Assembly: GCA_034780895.1 (NCBI GenBank)
Contig: JAUZTB010000127.1
Span: forward strand, 17,703,532-17,767,531
DNA length: 64,000 nt
Direction of reading: 5' to 3'
Origin: Rhynchobatus australiae
Taxonomy: Eukaryota
Shown here: in pieces, positions 1 to 11,800 of the stretch
Layout of the letters: every line of letters starts with the position of its first letter
Numbering within the stretch: the first letter of the stretch is position 1
Program-made: the position numbers and the translations under genes
Notes under the pieces: model-generated
Told to the model about the DNA's origin: nothing
The model's input: only the letters and a program-made list of their open reading frames with translations
Databases searched by the model: none

Positions 1-210
1 ATATTAAGTGGAGTGTCAGGCTTGAAGGGCCTGATGGCCTACTACTCTTCTAGCATTCTTCTTTTGTTAGTATGTAAATCACATGGTACAGCAACTCTTA
101 AAGTTAATTAAGTGTCTCCCTTTCCCAAGACTCCACTGGGTGTAATGGTGAACATCAGCTTTAGCATGTCATTCAGCATTCTAACTTGATGTATGCTTTA
201 TTTTTGCAGC

Positions 211-714
211 CACAGAGACTTGCAGATATTGGAATCTGAGCAACAAATAACCTGCTGGAAGAACTCCAGGTTGAGCAGCATCTGTTGGGGGAAGGATTTC
301 TATCCCCATCCTCCTTCCCCACAACCCTTACCCCACCCACCACCACCATGCTTCTTCTCTTCTTTCCTTTCCTAGTCTATCTTTTTTCTACACTTTTTTT
401 CCTTTCTCTCCTTGCCTTTGATCCATCCCCTGGTGGACCTGCTCCCCCCTCCTCCCCTGCACCTGCCTATCAGTATCCCTTACCTGCATCTACCTATCAA
501 CACCCTGCCTCCCCTCTTTTGTCCACCTATCACTACTCTGCTTCTCCCTCCTATATATTGGGCTTTCCCTTTTCCTGTCTTCAGTCCTGAAGAAGGGTCC
601 TGACCCGAAATGTTGACCGCCTGCTTTTCTTCATGGATACTGCTTGGTCTGCTGAGTTCCTCCAGCATGGTGCTTTTGATCTAGGTTCCAGCATCTGCAG
701 TCCTTTGTTTCTCT
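211..714 (+). mobile_element. Non-autonomous Penelope-derived repeat with inverted termini and a hammerhead motif (582-619)
   Basis: Left arm 211-285 is the degenerate reverse complement of right arm 633-708; cagtc CTGAAGA a gggtc ct gaccc GAAAT GTT gac. Confidence 0.7.
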
Positions 715-3700
715 AGGATTTCTAAACACTTCTGGTTGAAACACTGCATTGGGACTGAGTGGAGAAGGAGATGACCAGTGTAAAGTTGTGGGAGAGGGTA
801 GAGGGGTGTTGTTGAGATGGGCCAGTAGGTGATTTATGGTGGATCAAGAATTTAAGATGACGGGCAGATTGAGCCAAGTAGGGGAGGGGCAGGGTGGAGT
901 TGGGACACACCCCTCCATGCTCCACCCTGCTAGCCTGTCTCAACCCTCCCCTTTCTCTTTCCCCTTTATACTGGCTATCTTCCTTTTCCACTCTCAGTCC
1001 TGATGCAGGGTTTTGACCAAAAACCTGTTCCTTTCACTCTAACATGTGCTGTTCCTACAACCAATTTGTATTTTGCTATCACTTTATTGTTGAGTCAAAT
1101 TACTATAGTTCCCTACTTAACACAACCAAGAAGTCGTCACATCATCACATCATATGTCATCAGCATATGGATTGCATCAGGTCAGGGAGATTGATCAGTC
1201 CACCTCTGTGTAATCAAGATTGGGCAATAAGCTTGGCTTTTGCTCCTCTCCATTCCAACATACAAGGTGCTGCAGAAGTCTGGTTATTTTTTATCTGGAA
1301 TGACTGTCAGAACTCTAAGACTTGAGATTCTACACTCGCAAGCTTTAGCCCTTTTGTGTTGGAAGATGGGTATAAGTCCCAGAGAATTTGGTAGATCTGT
1401 AGACCACCTACAGGAATTATAGCTAGTCCTTCCAACCTAGTCACTGATCTGCAATCAAAAGTGTAAACTCCATTAATATCCTGAACTTTCTGCAAAGGGT
1501 AGTACAGACACCTGAGAAATATTCTTTATCCAAGTTGTTTACTATCATGTGAAACACCAAGTCATCCACAATTTGTATGGTAAATTAAAGTGCTACTGGC
1601 ATAGAGCCACGTTCACTCTGCGGGCAAGCTGGGAAATTGTGTATTTAAGTATTGTTTTTTCTGTCACTCAAGGGCATCACTGAAGCTAATCCAGAAAGGT
1701 TCCTGCAGATAGCAGCACAGTTTGCTGAAAATATTTTGGCATTCACTTTGCAAAAGTTAATATAGATGATGCTTTGTTCTAGTTTATACAATTGGTAGAA
1801 AACTAGTCAAATTCTCAAGTCCACTCTATATATAGCAAGCATGACATGTAGCTTCTGACTATGTCACTTTCTTTGTTTCTGAGTCCTCGGACTTCAGTTT
1901 ATTGCAGTATTTGATTGAAGCTCAATATCAACTTAAGCAGCACTTTTTCATGATGTACGTGGCAGCCTTGCCTTGTAGTCTTAACATTGGGTCTAAAATT
2001 CAGTTAATTCAGCAATTTCCATTTACACCTGTTAGGTCCATCATTACTTATCCCTTTAGCACTCCCTTTTGTGTTTTGCACCATTGTCCAATTGTCATTT
2101 AATCATTCCCACCACTCTTCTGGATTTGCACTTCCTTTTTGTTCTCTCTATCCCATTTTGCTTCCCACCCACACCCCCATCGCCTCTGTCACATAGAACT
2201 TCAACTCTATCTTTAATCAAAACTCAAATTTCATCAACAGGAAGTGTCAGCTCATTCACCTTGACCACTCTCTACTGAAGCTATCTGAGCCTATTTGCAG
2301 TTTCCAGTTTTATTGCATCATGGCTGTCACTCAAAATTGTTGCATTTTAAGTTATTACCAGCAATTTGGTCTGTGTGCTCTGAGCAAGTCATGTCTGTAA
2401 ACAAGAAATATGACAAATGAAGATAAGAAATTAATTGGTATATTTGGAGGTTTTTTTAAAAATTAGAAATCAGGGGAAGGGGAAAAAATGCTGATTCCAC
2501 GAATAGCATGACTGTCATGTGTGGAGAGAGTGGGCTGACCAGCCCTGTTTGGCCTGTATTAGAGGAATAATTGAGCATATCATTGAAACGAGGAGTTTGA
2601 TGGGAAAGGCAAACTGAGGCAAGGGTTGTCCAGAACTAACTAATACAATCTCAACATAATGGATAAGACATTTAGAACCTAGAGAAATTTCTTTGCAGGG
2701 TTGGTGAGCCGGTGGAATTTTCCACCACCTTCTGTGGTGGAGACCAAGTTTAATGTGTGTTCAGAGAGATTTCTAGATATGTCATGAAGGGATATGGGGA
2801 GAAAGCATGAATATGGTATTACAATAGAGGATGATATTGAATGGCAGAGCAGGCTTGAAGGATCTTTTCTTATTTTCAATGTTTCTGCAAGAATTTTCAT
2901 GTCCTGACTAGACATGGATAGTTTTACATTGGGAAGCAGTGAATTAAAGCATGGGTTTCCTCCTGATGTTCAGTATTCCTCCCACATCCCAGAGGCGAGC
3001 CAGTTGATAGGTTGCTGTAAATTACCTCTAGTGTAAGTTGAGTAGTTGAAGAACTGGGGAAGTTAATGCACATGTGAGAGAGAACAGGTTTGGAGAAATC
3101 AGGCTGAAAGGATTACTCATTCAATGGGCTGAATGGCTGCCTCCAATGATGTAAGAAAAATTAGAAGCAAATAAATGGAATTAGATCACACATCAGCCAT
3201 GTTCTCATTGAATGGCAGAGCAGGATTTAAATGTAATTCCTGTTCTTGTGTTTAAACCCAAAAAAAACTTACAGAAATGGAGACAGCCCATATTAAAGAA
3301 AACAAAATCACAGTTTATTCCACCTTTCTCCTCGTATCCACCCATCCCTGCACCTTTCCTTGCATTTAGAGTTGTTGTTTCCTTTCCACTTGATTTGACT
3401 GTAGGTATCCAACACAATCGGCAAGGAAAATAATCTTTTTGGACTAGATCTTGTTGAGGATCTGTTTGTTTCAGTGGTCCAAATAAGGCAGGGCCACATT
3501 TTATTCTCTGAAAGGTAGCATGGCTTGTACTGCATTGAAGAAATGCTGTTCTACGAATGATTTGACAACTGGCAAAGTCTTGTTCCTGGTTTTGCCCACT
3601 GAAGTGTTTGATTTTACAATTATTTTTTTGAAATATCAAGCTGCTTAATATTTTGTATTAAGTTGACATCTGCAGCTCAACTATCTGCATTGAAATCACT

Positions 3701-3894
3701 AGGATATCAGATCATATTCCAGGTGTACACTGAAACATGATCTGAGACATGATTACTCCACTGTGAATGCTGATCAGCAAGTTCAGTTGCCCCCTGGACT
3801 CCATGTGAAGAGTGATAAAGTAACCTGACAGATATAGGCATGCAAGTCTGGAACTTAAATGTTAGACTAACTTGGATTAACCTCTTCCTCACAG

Positions 3895-4195
3895 AGCTGT
3901 TGGCACAGCTAGTAGAGTTGATTCCTTACAGCTCCAGCAATCTGGGTTCAGTGCTCTCTGTATCACATTTTCACATTTTCCCTGTTACTGCACGTGTTTA
4001 CTCTGTGCTCCGGTTTCCTCCCATTTCTCAAATATGTGTGGGTTGGTAGATTATTTAATGTAGAGGTTGAATCTGGGGAGATTTTACATTAATTTGAGAA
4101 TATTAGGATTAATATAGGATTTGTGCAAATGAGTGCTTGATAGCAATGTCTTGGTGGATTGATGGGCCCTTTCCCATGCTATATGACACTGACTT
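3895..4195 (+). mobile_element. tRNA-derived V-SINE (HE1-like)
   Basis: A-box-like tggcacagctagtag, B-box-like ggttca, V-domain tgctccggtttcctccca, CR1-like tail. Confidence 0.65.
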
Positions 4196-4924
4196 TATAT
4201 ATGACTTGGAATAGACTGTGTACAATGATCAAAGTGTAAAGAAGTTTTAGAAATGTGCAATTAATGCTTCATTAGATTTTGAGAATTCAATTTTTAAATT
4301 AAGATTTTGAAGAAGATATAAATAGACAAAGTTCCCTGCCCAAGTTGGACTTCTCTGAACTTTTCTGATATTCATTTATGGGTCCAGTGAAACTAGTTGC
4401 CCAAAGGAATTAGCCAAGTTACCATTGTGAGAGCCAAGAACTGTTATTTCCAAACACAATCCAGCCTACGCCATGTCTTTAAAACTGCTATCCAACAAAG
4501 AGCAGGAGCAAGAACTATAGCTTTTTTAACCCTTTCTCAGTTAGATGTGTACAATTGAAGAACACTTGAGGCCAACTGTCCAGTATTTGTCATTACTTGT
4601 AATTTTTAAGTTTCCTTATGCCTCAAATTTTAAATCTTTCTCTAAATGCTATTCCCTATATGTTCCCTGTCATTCTTTAATAATCCATTTTAAAAGAATT
4701 TGTGGATTCTACTTCATCAGTGATTGGCAAATTTTGATTTTTTAACTTCCAAATATGCATGTTATTTATGTCATTTTCAATTTGTACCTTGTTAGGATTG
4801 CATCTGGCACTCTTTCCCTTACTATAGTAATACAGCATGGAAATAGGCCTATTGTGCCCATGCTGACCATCAGGCACCCATACATTCTATTCCCGATCTA
4901 TTCTCCCCATGTTCCCTTAAACTC

Positions 4925-5202
4925 CCATCTGGCAGAGGATATGAAAACCTGAAAGCATGTACCACCAGGCTCAAGGACAACTACTATCCAGCTGTTATAA
5001 GACTATTGAATGATCCCCTAGTACTATAAGGATGAACTCTTGACCTCACAATCTACCTTGTCATGACTTTGCACCTTATTGTCATGGCATTGCACTTTCT
5101 CTGTAACTCTTAGCACTTTATTCTGCATTTTCTTGTTGTTTTCCCCTGTACTACCTCAATACACTAATCAGCATGGATGGCATGCAAAACAAAGCTTTCA
5201 CT
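4925..5202 (+). mobile_element. Rex1/Babar-like LINE 3' end
   Basis: Decayed PSGRG...TTRLKD.YYPAVIRLLN followed by the family 3'UTR. Confidence 0.55.
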
Positions 5203-5762
5203 NNNNNNNNNNNNNNNNNNNNNNNNNNNNNNNNNNNNNNNNNNNNNNNNNNNNNNNNNNNNNCCCCAGAGGAAATTGAAGGTTGTTGGAGCTGTGAGGC
5301 AGCAGCCCTTACTCAGCTGCCCTGGAGGTTTGTTTGGTCAACCCCCAACCTTGAATATTCATTTTCAAGACTGCCTTAATGATTTATCTTTTTGTTTTGG
5401 TTAAGCTTCTGTTTTCATTTTCATTTTTTTCCTCCTAAAATAGTTTGTTCAAAACTCCAAATGGCACTCCAACAGCACCCTAAGGTTGCACAAGACTTCA
5501 GTGTATCAGTACCCCTTCAGTATTCTGCATTGAGGATCATGTTTACCTTGATGGGTTTGGATGTTTTTGCAGCCTCCTAATGACATATGGTGTCTGATTA
5601 AGGTGCTGCTCCTCTACACTATGTCATAAATATTATCAATAAAGTTCATTTTCTTTTCCAGTGTAATCTCCAAACAGTTGTATTATGGGTGTTCCAAGGC
5701 ATTTCAATAAATCTGGCAAAATTTTAGTTGCTTTTTCAAGCAAATACTTCTTTGTCTTACAG

Positions 5763-5807
5763 GGCCTGATGCTACCGATGCCAGCATGGAAGTTTCAGAA
5801 CCTGCTG
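5763..5807 (+). CDS. GSPT1: GSPT1 exon ([15 protein letters not shown])
   Basis: ttacag| ... |gtaaga; 45 nt, phase 1-1; resembles human SMELSEP. Confidence 0.85.
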
Positions 5808-8800
5808 GTAAGAAATCTTTGGCAGGATTTTAGCCTTAAATGTTATGATTTGGCACAATGTACATAATTAACCAGCACTTAACTGACAAATATATCCTTG
5901 TAAATTTTATCTTATGTATATTTCAAAAATTGAGTTTTCCCCATTTTTTTAAAAACTTCTTGATTTGAATGAATATTATAGTGACCACTTGATGCTCGGT
6001 CAAGTAACAAAATTTTAGTGCTTAAATTGAGTGACTTCCATGACCTGACCATTTTGACTTTTGCAGCACTAATAGAAAATGGAGATACAGAAGCAGGACC
6101 TGAGGAATCATGGGAACAGAAAGCAGAACCAAGTGAAGCAGAACCAGGAGGTGGTCCTGCAGGTGACGGAGGTCCACCTTTGGCTACTCCAGTTGAAATG
6201 GAAGAGGAGGAGGAGGTGTCTTCACCAAAGGTTGCAGTGGTAGAGCCAGGTGCTCCAAGGAAGGAACATGTGAATGTTGTATTCATAGGTCACGTAGGTA
6301 AGTTAACAGATAAAATAACATCATGGTCTTGTGCCTAATTTTAAAAACTGAGTTGGATAAACTGGTCTTCTCGCATAAAATGCTGCATTGACGTTCAGTC
6401 ATCACTGCAGCCAGAAATTCACTGTTTATATAGCAACAGAACTTTTGTTAATGGAAAATTCTGCTCTTGCCAATACACACAATATGAAATTTGTTCAGTT
6501 TTTCTACAATAACTGTTATTATTTTTCCACAGATGCTGGAAAATCCACTATTGGTGGACAAATAATGTAAGTTATTGCTTTTGTTCTAAAAGGTGTAGAA
6601 GTGGAGTAAAATAAACTCTAATTGGAGTTCTCAATCTATTGTCTTGTTACCAAAAATAGAATACAATTTAATTTTTTTTTTGCAACTTCATCATAAGAGA
6701 GGGACTTTTGCTTTGGAGGTGCCCTTGTTTCATCAGAGTCTGCAGTGTGTGAAATTTAGGCCTGTGCACAGATTTGAATTGAAATGTTTGCTTTGACTAT
6801 AATTGGTATAATTCAGAATTGCCTACTTTTTAAAGATGATTAGGGAGATCCATCGTATTATGAAGTCCTGTGGAGCATTCTACTTTCAACTGAAACTGCT
6901 TGAAAGCAAAAAAAAAGTTGATTATTTATGGATGCTTTTTATCTCATAGGACAGTTGCTTTTTTTGTCTAGATAAGAATTGTCCATTTGCTTTGAGATAT
7001 GTTAATGTAAACAATATGTATTGCAATCTTGAAGTTTTGTATTTTCTGCAGTGCATTCCATCATGGATACAAACCATTTGTAAACAGTCTAAAAAGGCTA
7101 TTTCAGACATGGAATGACATTACATTTGATTGAATTACTCAAACCAGATGAAGCTGAAGTCTTTCAACTCTTTAAATTTCGTGAGAGTCGTCTCTTTAGC
7201 CATCTGAGCAAAAATTGGTACCTCTGTTAAATCAGTATGTCAGTGTTGTTCAAGTCCTGGTGGGATGAGAGTTCCGCACTTAAACACTTTCAGTCAACTT
7301 GGGTAACCTTATTAGAATGGAAATGCTAGTAATCATTTTTATCATTGAAAATGTATTTAGTATTCCACTATTGTCTGGAATACTACTGTTTGCAATACCT
7401 GAATTTATGTAGGACTTCATAAAAGCCAAGAAAAGAATGATTGTACATTTTTCATATCTTCTGTAGTTTGACTTAATTACCTGCATTTTAATGTGATTAA
7501 CAATATAGAAATTGAATGAGAATTTGAAGAAAATAAAATCAAAACTATGAAGAGATGTGTTCAGTTTTCATTGGCAGTTTTTTTAAAGGTATCTCACAGG
7601 TATGGTGGACAAACGAACACTGGAAAAGTACGAGAGGGAAGCCAAGGAGAAAAATAGAGAAACATGGTAAGATTATTTGTATAATGGGATTGGCAGTTTC
7701 AACCTTCAACATGATTCCTAAATTGGAGTTCATTTTGCACTCTCTTCCTATCTTCACCCCCCCCCCCCAAGTCGAGTATTTTAACACTCCAGTTGTCAAC
7801 GAAATTCGTCTGTTGAGAGTTACATAAAGGCATCTCTAAATAAGTCACCAGTCTCTGTTACAGTATGCATTTTCCATCTGATGTTACAATTCATATGGTT
7901 GGCTTAAGCGTATCAGTAAAGGGACATTGGATGGCATTGTGTACTGAATGATCCTTGTTGGTAATGTGAAATTGGTGCACTTGTGCAGTGTCTTCCTGCT
8001 GTCATTTTGGTTTCATTGCTTTTTGTTGGCAATTGCACATGGCTACTACATTGAAGTTGCAGAAGGCAGCTGGGAACTTTGGAATCTTGCTCCCTGAAAG
8101 GAATCTCTATTTGGAAATAAGTTGCTGATATGCAGCACTGTGATTTAACAGCCAAGAACTGAAATCCATAAAAAGGATATAAATCGTTCTGGTCCCATCC
8201 CTTTTCATTTTGCTTGACATTTTTTTGTTAGCTGTTTGGAAACTCGCTCTAATTAGAGTTCATATACACTATATAGCAATTCAATGGACATGTTTAATGT
8301 TGAATGAAACATTTATAGTTGTATTCATCCTATGAGTTAATATGAAATTGTGTAATTGCTTTATCTTTGTACTTTTTTAATGAAATGTCATAATGCTTAG
8401 GTATCCGTCCTGGGCCCTGGACACAAATCAGGAGGAGAGGGACAAGGGGAAAACAGTTGAAGTGGGTCGTGCATATTTCGAGACTGAGAAAAAGCACTTC
8501 ACCATTTTAGATGCACCAGGTCACAAAAGCTTTGTACCAAATATGATTGGTGGGGCATCTCAAGCTGATCTTGCTGTCTTGGTAAGATATCAAGTCTCCA
8601 ACTGTTTTCTTTGTGATAAAGATGATGCACTTAGTAATTTTACATAGGAGAGTTGGAAGAAAGTATTCCACTTAAATTCAATTTCTGTAATAATTCAGGA
8701 ACTGGGAAATTAGTTCAAGAAATCAAATATGTATCAACTTTTGCATTATATCCTAAGGGTAGTTAGAGTTCATGAGAAGGAATAAGTATTTGCTTTGTGT

Positions 8801-11800
8801 TAATGAAGTTAATTTTTGTAAGACTCAAGTCTTGCTTTTAGTTGATGATTCCATTTGGCCATTATTGATGATTGTGAATTTTCTAGTTTTCTGAGGTGAT
8901 GAAACAAGCCAGTTTAGATTTCTTCTATTTAAATGTACCTGTCACTAGTTGAACAAATTCCCATTCATAAAATTGTTTTTGTATCCAAATGAAAACACCT
9001 CACTGTCATTTATTTAGGTTATCTCAGCCAGGAAAGGTGAATTTGAAACTGGCTTCGAAAAAGGAGGGCAAACACGAGAACATGCTATGTTAGCAAAAAC
9101 AGCAGGAGTAAAACATCTGATAGTTCTCATCAATAAAATGGATGACCCAACAGTAAGCTGGAGCCAAGATAGGTATGATTATGCATGCTTTGAGAGTTTA
9201 TTTTAACAAAGCACAATTAAATACTTAAGGCTTTGCAACATTGTAAATTTAACAAAGTAGCTGTATGGAACAAAGGTACATGATTGCGTGCTGAAAAATT
9301 GATTGCTTGAAAATTATATCCAGAGAGAATCTTTCCAGGTCTATAAACCTTGATTCTGTATTGTTCCTTGCATATGTTACCTAAGAAATTCTGTTCACTG
9401 TATTACAGTCCATTTATCTAAATGTTTGGAATTTGGTTGTCCATTCCCTTGGTGCCTCTAAATCTCATTTGGATTTGATTTCAGCTGCTTACAGTCATCA
9501 CCCTTCCACGGTTTTTGCTGTTTACAGCAAATTTGCCACCATGCTTCCAACACGACTGACCACAAGTCATGAATAAGGACAACAGTGGTGGGTTTAGTGC
9601 TGATCCCTGGGACAGGACTAGTATCATGCCTCCAGGCTGAAACAGTTTCATTACCAACAACATTTTGGCTGCAGAACTGGAACCAGTTCCTAATTATCTG
9701 TGCAAAATAGTACTTCATCGAGTGCCTTGAAAAACACAATTCTCCCCCATCTATTAAAGGTGTAAATTATAAGTGAAGTTAAAATGCCACAAAGTGGTCT
9801 TTCCAATTTTTTTAGACCATACATTCCTGTCCATTTTTGTGCTGAATTATGATTTTCCTTGGCAAAGAAAATTAGCTTGATTTGAGCATCTCCAATTAGA
9901 AAAATGAAAAATCTTCATGCAAGGATAAAAAAGGCCAATGTTCACTTTTTTATTGTAGGCAGTCCCCAAGTTACGACAGGGTTATGTTACTGTGAACTGT
10001 CTGTAACACAAGCTCTTTGTAAGTCAGAAATGAGCAAAAACAGTATATGGGAGAGGATCACAAAAACAGCTGTGGCGGGAGAGTGAGCGGGTTTAGGAAG
10101 ACTGGCCAGCAGGCGGCCTCACTGACTCAGTCAGTGATTAAGCGATTCTGTTCAGTACTCCTAGCTCGTTCCATCCTTCAGTTGTGGCTCAGAGCAAGGT
10201 GGGGAGAGCAGGCATGCAGAACTGCCACTTTCCCACATGGAAGGAGATGCCTGTAGCCCAGCAGCAGCAGGCAAATCCATCCCGCCCATCTCCCAAAGGC
10301 TTGTTCGTATGTGTAACGTGTCCATAAGTTAGGCCTTTTTAACCCCAGGAGGGGTTAAATGTATTAAATTTAACATTATCTGTAGCTCACTTCCCTCTTT
10401 CACTTTTCACCTAGCAAGAAAGGTTTGAAATTATTTGGAATGGTTTAATTGAGTGTGATTTACATCAGGTCTTAACAGAGCTGAATGGAGTAGTTAAGGT
10501 TGCATCTTTTTTAAGAGCATGCATGTGACAAATAGGAACAGGCGTAAGCCTTTTAAGCTTGCTCTGATGTTCATCAAGATCATGTCTAATTTATCTCAGC
10601 ACTATTTTTCAACACTGTCCCAAAACACCGTAAATCCCTTGATGTCCAGTGTCCTATGATTTCCTCAGTATGCTGTACTTGTATTCAAGAATCTTGAAAT
10701 TGGTCTGTGAACTTGTAAAGGTATTTGAGCCTTTATAATCATTGGGAAACTTGGATGGAAAACAGAGGACTGCCAGGGAAGCCCTGATTAACAAAAATGT
10801 TTCTCTTGATTTTGATTATCACATTGACTTAGGTGACTTAAAGCTCCAGCAGAAGATTACACAAGTTAAGTGTACTACTAATTGTATTTAATTTTAATGT
10901 GCTATTTGGCTTCAGAGTTACTTTAAGAGCCCCAGTGTGGTCCTCTGGATTGGTCAAAAGAAGACTCTGGAATAAGCCCTCTGCCAATTGTACTAATGCA
11001 GAATGTTGTGTGATCCTGAGATATTATGTCTTTTAAAAAAAAAATTAAGGTGCCAGTTCTAATTGTGGGGTGGAGAAGCTTTTGGTGATTTGTTTTTGAA
11101 ATGAGCTCTCAGCTAATTCTACAATTTCACAATTTAATGCATTACATTTATAAATGTATTATTAAATCTTTCTTACTAAAATCAATAAATAATAATCCTG
11201 ACAAAGCACCCTTCCTCAATAAATTTAAACAATATGTGGCCTAGACTGCATTTGAGTATTAGAGAAGCTGTTGCCTAATGCCAACTTTGTTTTTTGAACC
11301 TTAAGCCAAAAGTGAGGCATTTTGTCAATTCTAGTTGTCATAGTCTTGATGTATCTTGGTGTAGATCCAACTGCACAATTTAACTTTATTTCTCCCTCTT
11401 CTTCCCCGCGCCCCCCCCCCCACTTTTTTTTTCAGGTATGAGGAATGCAAAGAAAAACTGGTGCCATTTTTGAAGAAAGTCGGTTTCAATCCAAAGAAGG
11501 ACATCTATTTTATGCCTTGCTCTGGACTGACTGGTGCAAACCTAAAAGAACGAGCTGAGAACTGCACTTGGTACACGTAAGTCTTAACTGTCTCTTGCTT
11601 TATCTGTCACAGGGAAAAGATCAAATGGAGACTAGAAAGATGGTTAAAAAAATCAAGATGGTAAATATTTGTTGCAACTTAATATGGAAAAGAAAACAGA
11701 CAATTGCCAATGCTACTTGAGTGCAATGTTGTTGAAGGTTTGAGTGCAATTTGATTGGTAAGGATACCTGTATTTTAGTTCCAGTAATATATAAACATTA

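Noticed and set aside
285-590. Hydrophobic, Pro-rich 101-aa ORF
   Set aside because: Low-complexity interior of the inverted-terminus repeat.
1-5762. Search for upstream GSPT1 exons (PAM2-containing N-terminus)
   Set aside because: No CpG island or frame-compatible exon recognised; the candidate at 4796 is out of phase. These exons probably lie upstream of the window.
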